Positions 1 through 9,545 of a stretch of 39,392 nt of DNA are shown here, one piece after another; the first letter of the stretch is position 1; the number at the start of each line of letters is the position of its first letter. The position numbers and the translations under genes are program-made. The DNA is from Myxococcota bacterium (GTDB taxonomy: Bacteria > Myxococcota_A > UBA796 > GCA-2862545), in contig JBCCQY010000076.1 in the NCBI GenBank assembly GCA_039208735.1, positions 1-39,392 of the forward strand. The letters are read 5' to 3'. The notes beneath the pieces are model-generated. The model was not told the DNA's origin, ran no database searches, and saw nothing but the letters and a program-made list of their open reading frames with translations.

Positions 1-774
<774 letters not shown>

Positions 775-776
775 TC

Positions 777-1979
777 GTGGCCGGCGCCAAGACGCGCGTT
801 CCGGGGCTCGCCGACGCCGAGGTTGAAGGCAAGCGTGTATTCGTGCGGGTGGACTTCAACGTTCCACTCGACGGCACGAACGTGGCCGACGATACCCGCA
901 TCCGCGCCGCCCTGCCTACGATTCAGGCCCTTCGCGAGAAAGGCGCCCGGCTCGTGTTGGCCTCTCACCTTGGCCGTCCCAAGGGCAAGGTCGATCCCAA
1001 TCTCTCGCTGATGCCGGCTGCGGGTCATCTCGCCGAGCGGCTGGGCATCGAGGTCGTCTTCGCCCACGAGACGGTGGGCGATCACAGCGTTCAGCTCGCC
1101 AAGGAACTGCCGGCGGGCGGGGTCCTTGTTCTCGAAAACCTGCGGTTCGAACCAGGCGAAAAGAAGAACGACCGTGACTTCGCCAGGGCGTTAGCGGCGA
1201 CGGGCGAAGTGTTCGTCAACGATGCGTTTGGTGCCATGCATCGGGCTCATGCCTCGATCAGCGGCGTAGCTTCTTTGCTTCCCGCCTACGCAGGCCTCCT
1301 CGTGGAGCGTGAAGTCGAGGCCCTCTCGGCCCTCATCGACCCCGCCCTGCGCATGAGCCGTGCTCCCTTCGGAGCGATCCTCGGAGGGGCTAAGGTCACC
1401 GACAAAATCGGCGTCATCGATGCCCTTTCCAAGCAGATCGACCATCTGTTCGTCGGCGGGGCCATGGCCTACACCTTTTTGGCCGCGACCGACGTGCCGG
1501 TGGGCAAGTCTCGCGTCGAGGCCGACCAGCTCGATCTCGCTCGGGAACTGCTCGAGAAGTGCCGATCGCGGCATGTGACGGTTCACCTACCCGTCGACCA
1601 CGTGGTGGCCACCGAGTTCTCTGCCGACGCAGAAGCCCGTACGGTCGAGACCATTGGCGACGACGCGATGGGGCTCGACATTGGGCCCGCGACCCTGAAA
1701 CAGTGGTCCGAAGCGCTGTCGACTTGTCAGACCGTGTTCTGGAATGGCCCCATGGGGGTCTTCGAATGGCCCTCCTTCGCCAACGGAACCCGAGGCATCG
1801 CCGAATTCTTGGCGGGCGCACCGGCTCGCACGGTAGTGGGGGGCGGGGACAGCGCGGCCGCGGTGGCCAAGTTTGGCCTCGCCGACCGCATGGACCATGT
1901 CTCGACGGGGGGCGGTGCCTCCCTTGAGTTCCTCGAGCAGGGCGACCTGGTCGGCCTGCAAGCCCTCCGGGAGGCCTGA
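777..1979 (+). CDS. pgk: Phosphoglycerate kinase
   Basis: Motifs RVDFNVP, SHLGRP, LENLRF, NDAFG..HRAHAS, GGAKV.DK, WNGPMGVFE, GGGDS and STGGGASLEFL. GTG at 777 (2 nt after the gap stop) is preferred over the ORF-track start at 723. Confidence 0.96.
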   Translation: MAGAKTRVPGLADAEVEGKRVFVRVDFNVPLDGTNVADDTRIRAALPTIQALREKGARLVLASHLGRPKGKVDPNLSLMPAAGHLAERLGIEVVFAHETVGDHSVQLAKELPAGGVLVLENLRFEPGEKKNDRDFARALAATGEVFVNDAFGAMHRAHASISGVASLLPAYAGLLVEREVEALSALIDPALRMSRAPFGAILGGAKVTDKIGVIDALSKQIDHLFVGGAMAYTFLAATDVPVGKSRVEADQLDLARELLEKCRSRHVTVHLPVDHVVATEFSADAEARTVETIGDDAMGLDIGPATLKQWSEALSTCQTVFWNGPMGVFEWPSFANGTRGIAEFLAGAPARTVVGGGDSAAAVAKFGLADRMDHVSTGGGASLEFLEQGDLVGLQALREA

Positions 1980-2728
1980 TGGCTCGTCGTCCGTTCATCG
2001 CCGGCAATTGGAAGCTCAACCTTGGCCCACAGGCCGCCGCTGAGGTCGCGCGCGAGCTTGCGCAGGGCACCGTGCCTGATGGTGTGACGGTCGCGGTTTT
2101 CCCAACGGCGTTGTCGATCGCTGGGGCCGTCGACATTCTGCGGGGTTCCCGCATCGATGTGGGCGTCCAGGATGTAGCGGCCGTGGCCTCGGGCGCCTAC
2201 ACGGGGGCCAACTCGGCGCCCATGGCTAAGGAAGCAGGGTGCGCGTACGCGCTTGTGGGTCACTCCGAGCGTCGCCAATATTTTGGCGAAACGGACGAAG
2301 CCTGTGCGACCAAGCTCTCGCTCGTCTTTGAATCGGGACTCCTGCCGATCTACGCCATCGGTGAGACGCTCGAAGAACGCGAGGCTGACAAGGTCACGGA
2401 AGTACTGCACCACCAACTCGAAGTGGGGCTGTCGAAACTCCAGGACGACCAATTGGGTGCCCTCACCATTGCGTATGAGCCTGTGTGGGCCATCGGAACC
2501 GGCAAAGTCGCCACGCCGGACATCGCTCAGGCCACTCACGCCACGATTCGAGCGTGGCTTCGCACGCGCGCTGGCGCGGTCGCCGACGACATTCGCATCC
2601 AGTACGGAGGGAGCGTCAAGCCCGGCAATGCCGCCGAGCTGCTCGCCCAGCCGGATATTGATGGGGCGCTTGTGGGCGGCGCGAGCCTCACCGCGGAGTC
2701 CTTCCTCGCGATTGTCGCAGCAGCATAG
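1979..2728 (+). CDS. tpiA: Triosephosphate isomerase
   Basis: Motifs AGNWK, GHSERR, AYEPVWAIGTG, YGGSVKP and DGALVGGASL. TGATG overlap with pgk. Confidence 0.97.
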   Translation: MARRPFIAGNWKLNLGPQAAAEVARELAQGTVPDGVTVAVFPTALSIAGAVDILRGSRIDVGVQDVAAVASGAYTGANSAPMAKEAGCAYALVGHSERRQYFGETDEACATKLSLVFESGLLPIYAIGETLEEREADKVTEVLHHQLEVGLSKLQDDQLGALTIAYEPVWAIGTGKVATPDIAQATHATIRAWLRTRAGAVADDIRIQYGGSVKPGNAAELLAQPDIDGALVGGASLTAESFLAIVAAA

Positions 2729-2755
2729 GAGCGTCGCGGCCGCTAAGGACGTGTC

Positions 2756-3862
2756 ATGGTCCCGCCCACTCGGGACCCTGGAGCAGTCTTGGCGACGACC
2801 CGCGACTACTACAACATCCTCGGCATCGAGCGGAGCGCATCTGCAGATGATGTGAAGCGCGCCTACCGTTCGTTGGCGCGCCGGTGGCACCCCGATGTCA
2901 ACCCCAATGACGCCGAGGCCGCCGCACGCTTCAAAGACATCACCGAAGCCTACCGAACGCTGTCGGACCCCCAACGCAGGCTCCGTTACGACCGGTTGGG
3001 GCCGCTCTACACCGAGGATGGACGGCCCCCGCGCCCCGAGGACATCCAAGAGGTCGTGGGCAACGTGTGGAACAACCTGTTTCGCCGGAAGAAGGACCCT
3101 CGCGGCGAGGACCTTCGCTACACCGCTTCGCTCACGCTCGAGGAAGTTGCGCACGGCACGGACAAAGAGATCGTCGTCCCCAGGTTCGTGCGCTGCTCTC
3201 GCTGTGGGGGCGACGGGGCAGACCCCGACGGGGGCAAACAGATCTGTGAAGTGTGCAACGGCACGGGCCAAGCCACGGGAACCCGCTTGTTCAAATCCCG
3301 GTGCTACCACTGCGAGGGCAAAGGATTCATCGTCACAAAGGTCTGCACCCAGTGCGGAGGCGACGGTCGCGAGGGCGTCCGCGAGACGATCCGCGTGAAG
3401 GTGAAGCCCGGGGTGAGTACGGGCCAGAAGCTCAAAGTCGCCGGAAAGGGTAACGCCCCCCGATCCCCGGACGGAGAGCCTGGTGATCTCTACGTCATCG
3501 TCAGCGTTGCCGACCATCCATTGTTCCGTCGGCGCGGAGATGATCTCCTGGTCGAACTTCCGCTTTCCTATTCGGAACTTGTGCTTGGCGCCGATGTGAC
3601 GGTGCCAACCCTCGAAGGCACGACCGTGGTCCGGATCCCGGTCGGCAGCGAACCCGGCAAAGTACTACGTCTGGGCGGCCGAGGACTACCGAAACTGGCC
3701 GGTGGAGATCCTGGAGATCTTCACATCCAGCTCACTCTCGAAGTACCTTCCGGCCTGCTCGACCAACACGAAGCCGCCCTAAGGGAGTGGGCCAACCGCC
3801 TTCCGGCCGCCGCTCACCCCCGTCGGGCCCAGTTCGACAAACTCGTCCAGGACCGCACATGA
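2756..3862 (+). CDS. dnaJ: DnaJ-family co-chaperone (J domain + 4x CxxCxGxG zinc finger + C-terminal domain; G/F region essentially absent)
   Basis: RDYYNILG...WHPD J-domain. Zinc repeats CSRCGGDG, CEVCNGTG, CYHCEGKG, CTQCGGDG. C-domain motifs GDLYV, HPLFRRRGDDL and GDLHI. May be a paralogue rather than the main dnaJ; start could be TTG 2789. Confidence 0.88.
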   Translation: MVPPTRDPGAVLATTRDYYNILGIERSASADDVKRAYRSLARRWHPDVNPNDAEAAARFKDITEAYRTLSDPQRRLRYDRLGPLYTEDGRPPRPEDIQEVVGNVWNNLFRRKKDPRGEDLRYTASLTLEEVAHGTDKEIVVPRFVRCSRCGGDGADPDGGKQICEVCNGTGQATGTRLFKSRCYHCEGKGFIVTKVCTQCGGDGREGVRETIRVKVKPGVSTGQKLKVAGKGNAPRSPDGEPGDLYVIVSVADHPLFRRRGDDLLVELPLSYSELVLGADVTVPTLEGTTVVRIPVGSEPGKVLRLGGRGLPKLAGGDPGDLHIQLTLEVPSGLLDQHEAALREWANRLPAAAHPRRAQFDKLVQDRT

Positions 3863-5964
3863 CGTTCTCCATGCCTGCCTCGTCCCGCCGCCCGTCCCTT
3901 CGCATCTTGGGCCTCTGTACAGCGCTGGCGCTGCTCCTCGGCACGGTCGAGACCCCGAGCCACGCCAAGCGACGCAAGGGCCCGCCCGAGGTGGTGGAGA
4001 GCGCGCTGTCCTACGCAGCGACGGATCGCCAACGGTCCATCCAGCTTCTCGAGAACGCACTCGCGGGACGGCGTCCCGACAAGGACACGCCCACGATCAT
4101 GCTGCATGCGGGCGAACAACGGCGCCTGATCGGCAACTGGTCCGAGGCCAAGGCCTGGTTCAATCGGTCGTTGGGCCTCGAACCCAACGGCGTGAGTGCG
4201 CCGGCCGCCCGACTCGGAATCGCGTTGGCCGAACTCAACGCAGGTGCCACGTCGCAGGCCGCCATGAGTGTCCTCTCGAACGTCGATGAAAAGGCAGCTC
4301 TCGATACGCAGAACGCCGACCGCTACCTCTACCTCGCGGTCGACGCGGCCCAGCGCGGCAAAAAGGGTCTGGTCGGCACCTACTCCCGAAAGTCGGGACT
4401 CTACGCACAAGCCGATCCGCAGGTGCTCGCGCGGATTCAAAGCACGCTGCAGAACCTTGAAGAGGTTCCCAAGGAAGACATCAAGCCCGAAACGGTCGTG
4501 GAAGGCCCGGGCGGACCCTACGAGAAGGCCGTCCAAGCCTTCATCTCCGGTGACGTGCAGTCGGCCCGGCGGTTCGCGCAAAAGGCCACGAACGACGATG
4601 ATCCGCTCATCGTGGAGCGGGCCAACGGCATGCTAGCCGCGATGGACGGCGCTCCGGTTCGTCCTGACCTCATCACCGTGTTGCTCCCGTTGTCGGGGCG
4701 CTACAAGGCGGTCGGTCGCAATGTGCAGGAAGCCCTCGAATGGGGAGCTGGGCCACTGCGACTACAGGTGGTCGACAGCGGAGGCACCGCCGAGACCGCG
4801 GTGGAAGCCCTCGAACGTGCAGTCCTTGAACAGGGCACCATCGCGGTGGTCGGACCTCTGCTCTCCGACGAAACCGAAGCGGTGGTGGCGGCGGCCGAGC
4901 GGTTGCATGTGCCGCTGTTGTCCCTCTCCCAGTCCTACGAGCCGGAAGGAGCGCGCTTCGCGTTTCAGGGCATGTACACGCGCACAGACCAAGTCCAAGC
5001 CCTCCTCGACTTCACGATGGGCCAGCTCGGCATGACGGCGTTTGGCATGTTTTCGCCTGACACCGACTACGGCAACGACGCCGTCATGGCCTTCGAACAA
5101 GGTGTGCTCGAACGGGGCGGCACGATTCGGGCGAAAGGGCAGTACTCGCTCGAGGAACCGCCTTCCGAGGACGAGCTCGAAGAAGGCGAAGAACCGCCTC
5201 CGTCGCGCAAGCCGATGGCCGTCGCACCCGACTTCGGCACCCGGGTCGGGGGCCCCGAGGAACTTCAGCGCCTGAAAAGCATCGCTGCAGCAACCGGTGG
5301 CAACCCCAACACCGTTCTGCTTCCGCCGTTGGTCGACTTCCACGCCATCTTTATCCCCGAGTCGGCACGTCACACGCCGCTCGCCACGGCGGCCCTGGCC
5401 TACCAGGAGTTTCCGATGGGAAGCTTCCAGCCCGTGAAAGATGGCCCCAAGATTCCCTTGCTTGGCCTTTCGTTCTGGAACACCGAGGCGTTGATCTCGC
5501 GAGGCGGCCGCTACAACTTCGGTTGCCTGTTCCCCGACGTCTTCTCGGCGGCGATTCGTCCGAGTGACGACCCTGTGATCACCGAATTCAAGGGAGCCTA
5601 TGGCCGTACGCCGACCGCCCTTGAAATCGCGATTTCGGATGCTGGCCGGCTGCTCGCCGCCGCTGCGCAAAGCCGGCCCGCGGACCGGGGCGCCTTCCGC
5701 ACGGCCCTCCTCGAAGCTTCATCGCCCAACGCCCTGACGGGAGCCACGGGATTCGACCCCGAGACCCTTCGCGCGAAGCGCAACTTGCAGATGTTGACCT
5801 TCACGCGGAGCGAGGTGGCGCAGGTTGGAGATGTGCCGCTGCACGGCGCCGAGCCGCGCCCCATCGAAGTTGCTCCGGAATTGCTGCCCGAAGTGAGTCC
5901 TGTTCCTCCGCCCCTGATGGAGGACGATACGGGCCTCGTACCCGGCACCGTGCCGCTCGAGTAG
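3859..5964 (+). CDS. Exported TPR-like + type I periplasmic-binding-fold protein (LpoA/LppC penicillin-binding-protein-activator-like)
   Basis: ATGA overlap with dnaJ. N-terminal signal peptide, then helical TPR-like segments. ITVLLPLSGRYKAVG, AVVGPLLS, VPLLSLS, PDTDYG, AIFIP and GATG.F match the LppC/branched-chain SBP fold. Confidence 0.72.
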   Translation: MTFSMPASSRRPSLRILGLCTALALLLGTVETPSHAKRRKGPPEVVESALSYAATDRQRSIQLLENALAGRRPDKDTPTIMLHAGEQRRLIGNWSEAKAWFNRSLGLEPNGVSAPAARLGIALAELNAGATSQAAMSVLSNVDEKAALDTQNADRYLYLAVDAAQRGKKGLVGTYSRKSGLYAQADPQVLARIQSTLQNLEEVPKEDIKPETVVEGPGGPYEKAVQAFISGDVQSARRFAQKATNDDDPLIVERANGMLAAMDGAPVRPDLITVLLPLSGRYKAVGRNVQEALEWGAGPLRLQVVDSGGTAETAVEALERAVLEQGTIAVVGPLLSDETEAVVAAAERLHVPLLSLSQSYEPEGARFAFQGMYTRTDQVQALLDFTMGQLGMTAFGMFSPDTDYGNDAVMAFEQGVLERGGTIRAKGQYSLEEPPSEDELEEGEEPPPSRKPMAVAPDFGTRVGGPEELQRLKSIAAATGGNPNTVLLPPLVDFHAIFIPESARHTPLATAALAYQEFPMGSFQPVKDGPKIPLLGLSFWNTEALISRGGRYNFGCLFPDVFSAAIRPSDDPVITEFKGAYGRTPTALEIAISDAGRLLAAAAQSRPADRGAFRTALLEASSPNALTGATGFDPETLRAKRNLQMLTFTRSEVAQVGDVPLHGAEPRPIEVAPELLPEVSPVPPPLMEDDTGLVPGTVPLE

Positions 5965-5972
5965 CTTGGGCT

Positions 5973-6013
5973 CCCGAGTGACACAGGGTTGTCCTTCCCC
6001 TGGGTTGCTCGGG
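5973..6013 (+). promoter_or_regulatory. Stem-loop in the intergenic region upstream of thiL
   Basis: CCCGAGTGAC (5973-82) pairs with GTTGCTCGGG (6004-13) including 2 G-U pairs. CAGGG (5984-88) pairs with CCCTG (5998-6002). 9-nt loop, no U-tract. Confidence 0.4.
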
Positions 6014-6121
6014 TAAGATGGAATCCCTGGCCGCGCCGCCTGCGGTCGATGAGCATGAAACCCGCTGGAACCTCCACCTCGAACATCCGACGACCCTGAA
6101 CAGCGCGTCATCGCGCGCCTG

Positions 6122-7024
6122 TTGGAGTCTCGTGCAGCCGCCGGTCCCTGGCTCGACGTCGACGCGGGCGACGATGGAGCCGTGCTGCACGGCCAGGCCG
6201 TGAGTACGGATACGATGGTGGAAGGGTCGCATTTCGACGCCCGCCTCAGCCCGTCCGACGTCGGCTACAAGGCGATTGCGGTGTCGGTATCGGATGTCGT
6301 CGCGATGGGCGGCGTGCCCCAATGGGCGTTGTTGACCCTGACTCTGCCCCGCGACACCAATCCCCTCGATTTCGTGAATGGCTTTGCAGAAGGCGTCCGC
6401 GAAGCCTGCGCCACATTTGGCGTACGGCTGGTGGGCGGTGATGTCACCGGGGGCCGAGGACCACGGGTGGTGACGTCGGTCGTCGCGGGGCCTTGCCCCA
6501 AGCCGGTCACGCGATCGGGAGCTCAGCCCGGCGATGACGTCTGGATCACAGGCCTTGTCGGCCTCGCGGGCGCGGGTTGGATGTGGCCCGACCCGCCGCC
6601 CTTGGCGCTCGACCGGCTTCGTCGACCTCGACCGCGCCTCGCCTTTGCCCAACCCTTGTCGGACCTCGCGACCGCCGCGATGGACCTCTCCGATGGGATC
6701 GCGACCGATTTACCCCGGCTCGCCTTGGCATCTGGGGTGGCGATTTCGATCGATCTCGCTGCGTTACCGGTGCCGGATGCACTCCTCGGCTTCGATCCAG
6801 ACCAGATTCGGGAGGCGCAGCTCTGCGGAGGGGAGGACTACGAACTGCTCTTCACCGCCTCTGCCGATCGGCGGGACGCGCTACTCGCCCAAGCTGAAGC
6901 AGTCGGAGTGCGCTTAAGTCGAGTGGGAACCGTGCAAACAGGGGAGGGTGTGACGACGACCGAAGGCCCGCTGCCGCGTGCAGGGTTCGCTCATTTCGAC
7001 TTCGGCGCGGAGGGTTCCTCGTGA
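6122..7024 (+). CDS. thiL: Thiamine-monophosphate kinase (true start probably upstream; frame open from 6059)
   Basis: Motifs GDDGAV, STDTMVEGSHF, SDVVAMGG.P, LVGGDVT, RSGAQPGD, AMDLSDG, GGEDYELLFT and C-terminal GFAHF. Confidence 0.9.
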   Translation: MESRAAAGPWLDVDAGDDGAVLHGQAVSTDTMVEGSHFDARLSPSDVGYKAIAVSVSDVVAMGGVPQWALLTLTLPRDTNPLDFVNGFAEGVREACATFGVRLVGGDVTGGRGPRVVTSVVAGPCPKPVTRSGAQPGDDVWITGLVGLAGAGWMWPDPPPLALDRLRRPRPRLAFAQPLSDLATAAMDLSDGIATDLPRLALASGVAISIDLAALPVPDALLGFDPDQIREAQLCGGEDYELLFTASADRRDALLAQAEAVGVRLSRVGTVQTGEGVTTTEGPLPRAGFAHFDFGAEGSS

Positions 7025-8316
7025 CCGTCCTCGCGGCCATTCAAGGGGCATCGGTCCTTACGCTGGTTCTCGTAGCGCTGATGCTGCTGGCGGGATCGTT
7101 CTTCTTCTCGGGCACCGAGACCGCCTTTTTCTCCCTTCAAAAGGTCGATCGCGACATCCTGGCCCGGGTCGATGCGAGCGGCCAACAGGTCGTGGCCCTG
7201 CTCGCCAGGCGTCAAGCCCTGATCCCAACCGTCCTGCTGGGCAACGAGACCATGAACGTCGCGTTGACCGCGACGTCCGCCGCCCTCATCCACCAGCTCA
7301 CCGAAGGCAATGCGGCGCAATCCGCAGCTGGGCTGTTGAACGTGCTGGTTTTGCCGCCGATTCTCGTGCTGGTCTCGGAGATCACCCCCAAAATTTTGGC
7401 GCGTCGCTACCGCCGCCACTGGGCGCCCGCCGTGGTCTGGCCCCTCACGGCCTTTTTTGTGTTGGTGACGCCGATTCGCATCGTGGTCTCCGCCTTCGTA
7501 AGCCTGGTTGCAGGGCTTCTGGGAGCCAGCCGCGAGTTGCCCAAGGGTGTTCAGCCCGAAGAACTGCTCGTCTACGTGAACCACGGCACGGAGTCTGGAG
7601 CGCTCGATCCACTCGAACGCGACATCATCGAGGCGGTTTTCGAGTTCGATGAGCTGACCGTCGAACGCCTCATGACCCCGCGTCCCGACGTCTTCTCGGT
7701 GCCGCTTGCGCTGCCCTTCGACAAGATGCTCCGCCACATCGCCGAAAACCCCCACAGCCGGATTCCGGTGCACGGAACCAACGACGATGACATCGTTGGC
7801 ATTCTGCTCCTCAAGGACCTGTTGCGCTTCAAGACCGCCCCTCCTTCAGGGCCGCGGCAACTCCGTTCTCTGCTGTTGCAGCCCCACATCGTGCCCGCTT
7901 CGAAATCGGCTGACTCCATGTTGCAGGAGTTTCTCCGCCGCCGGTCCCACATGGCCATCGTGGTCGACGAACACGGAACTTTCGTAGGCATCGTGACCCT
8001 CGACGACCTGCTGCAGGTCCTCCTCGGTGAAGATGAACACACCGACGAAAGCGACATTCTGCGGCTCCAGCCCGACGCGTTGACCGTAAAGGCCGGCATC
8101 GATGTCGAGGACTTCGAAGAGGAGACGGCGATCGAACTCCCAGATGGCGATTACCACACGCTGGGCGGTTTCGTGTTTCACGAACTGGGCCGTCTGCCAC
8201 GAAAAGGGGATGTCGTGGAATTCGGGGACCACCGTTTCGTCGTGGCGAAGATGGAAGGCCGACGCATCGCGGAGATCATCGTTAAATCGCCCACCTCCGA
8301 TCAGGAAGCGGTGTGA
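7021..8316 (+). CDS. CNNM/CorB-type (DUF21 + CBS pair + CorC_HlyC) membrane protein, 'hemolysin family'
   Basis: FFSGTETAFFS, LLGNETMN and SEITPK (DUF21); MTPRPDV, HSRIPV, MAIVVDEHG and GIVTLDDL (CBS); DYHTLGGF (CorC). GTGA overlap with thiL. Confidence 0.88.
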   Translation: MTVLAAIQGASVLTLVLVALMLLAGSFFFSGTETAFFSLQKVDRDILARVDASGQQVVALLARRQALIPTVLLGNETMNVALTATSAALIHQLTEGNAAQSAAGLLNVLVLPPILVLVSEITPKILARRYRRHWAPAVVWPLTAFFVLVTPIRIVVSAFVSLVAGLLGASRELPKGVQPEELLVYVNHGTESGALDPLERDIIEAVFEFDELTVERLMTPRPDVFSVPLALPFDKMLRHIAENPHSRIPVHGTNDDDIVGILLLKDLLRFKTAPPSGPRQLRSLLLQPHIVPASKSADSMLQEFLRRRSHMAIVVDEHGTFVGIVTLDDLLQVLLGEDEHTDESDILRLQPDALTVKAGIDVEDFEEETAIELPDGDYHTLGGFVFHELGRLPRKGDVVEFGDHRFVVAKMEGRRIAEIIVKSPTSDQEAV

Positions 8317-9545
8317 GTCCACTGCTGGGTTCCGCCATTGTGGCCACCTGTTTGCTGCTCCAGGGCTTCTTCTCGGGCTCTGAAATGGCTTTGGTGAGTG
8401 CCAACCGGGCGCTGTTGCAGAGCCGGGCCGAAGGCGGTCATCCGGGCTCCGCCCTGGCCCTCGAGATGTTGGAGCATGATGATGCGCTGCTGGGCACCTG
8501 TCTCATCGGCACCAATGTGTGCCTGGTGGCTGGGGTCACGGCTTTCGGGCTCACCATCGGCGGCGATGAAGTCGGCCACGATTGGTACCTGTCGCTGCTG
8601 TACATGCCGTTGGGGTTGTTGCTAGGCGAGGCCATTCCCAAGCAAGTGTTCCGCCACTACGCCGACACGCTGGCCCCTTTGCTTGCCTCCCCCATCCGAA
8701 CCGCCCAACGCGTGCTTACCCCTGCCCTGTGGCTCGTCCGGGGATGGAGCCGCACCCTAAGCACGTTCCTGTCTGCTCCCGATGAAGAAGTTCGCCGCGA
8801 GGACATCGTCCAGCTCCTCGATGGGGAGTCCGGGAACATCGAACCCCACGAACTCGCCCTCATCCAACGGCTGCTCGAGATGAACGAGACCGCGGTGGAA
8901 TCGTGCATGACACCGCTCGTTGACGTGCTTGCGCTTCCCGAGACCGCGACCGTGGCAGACGGCGTCAAGATGGTTCTTGAAGCAGGGTACTCGCGCATTC
9001 CCGTCTACCAAGAGCGCGTGGACAACATCGTCGGCCGCATCGAGCATCGCGATCTGCTCTTCCGCACCTCGAGCGACGATCCGATCACCGAACTGGTTCG
9101 GCCGGTGCAGTTCGTGCCCGAGACCAAGCGGGTCGATGAGCTGCTGCGAGAGATGCGAGGCGAGAGCGACCCGCTCGCTGTGGTGGTCGATGAGTATGGG
9201 GGCTCGGTCGGCATCGTCACCCTCGAAGATCTCTTTGAAGAGATGCTCGGCGACATCGAAGATGAACGGGACAAGCGCGTTCCCGGAATCCGTCGCATCG
9301 GTGAACACGAATGGCGCGTCCCTGGCCGGACGGAGATCGACGAGCTGGCCGAGGAACTCGACCGTCCGTTGCCCGAGGGCGACTACGAGACGGTGGCGGG
9401 CCTCATCTTGAAGGTCGCCGGTCGCATTCCCGAGGCCGGAGAAGTGTTTCGCATCGGCCGCATGGCCTTTCACATCGAGGCGTCGTCGGAACGGGCGATC
9501 CAGATCGTGCGGGTCGTTCTTTTGCCCGAAGCGCCACGCCGCTAG
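8313..9545 (+). CDS. Second CNNM/CorB-type (DUF21 + CBS + CorC) protein
   Basis: Motifs FFSGSEMALVS, LIGTN, GEAIPK, MTPLVDV, YSRIPVY, VVVDEYGG, GIVTLEDLFEE and DYETVAGLI. GTGA overlap with the first paralogue. Confidence 0.88.
   Translation: MSPLLGSAIVATCLLLQGFFSGSEMALVSANRALLQSRAEGGHPGSALALEMLEHDDALLGTCLIGTNVCLVAGVTAFGLTIGGDEVGHDWYLSLLYMPLGLLLGEAIPKQVFRHYADTLAPLLASPIRTAQRVLTPALWLVRGWSRTLSTFLSAPDEEVRREDIVQLLDGESGNIEPHELALIQRLLEMNETAVESCMTPLVDVLALPETATVADGVKMVLEAGYSRIPVYQERVDNIVGRIEHRDLLFRTSSDDPITELVRPVQFVPETKRVDELLREMRGESDPLAVVVDEYGGSVGIVTLEDLFEEMLGDIEDERDKRVPGIRRIGEHEWRVPGRTEIDELAEELDRPLPEGDYETVAGLILKVAGRIPEAGEVFRIGRMAFHIEASSERAIQIVRVVLLPEAPRR

Noticed and set aside
6045..6110. TPP-riboswitch-like fragments (TGAG...ACCCGCTGGAACCT) upstream of thiL
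   Set aside because: The conserved CTGAGA, CCTGAT and downstream ATGCC-GCG-AGGGA elements are absent, and the segment overlaps probable ThiL coding sequence. An Rfam RF00059 scan would settle it.
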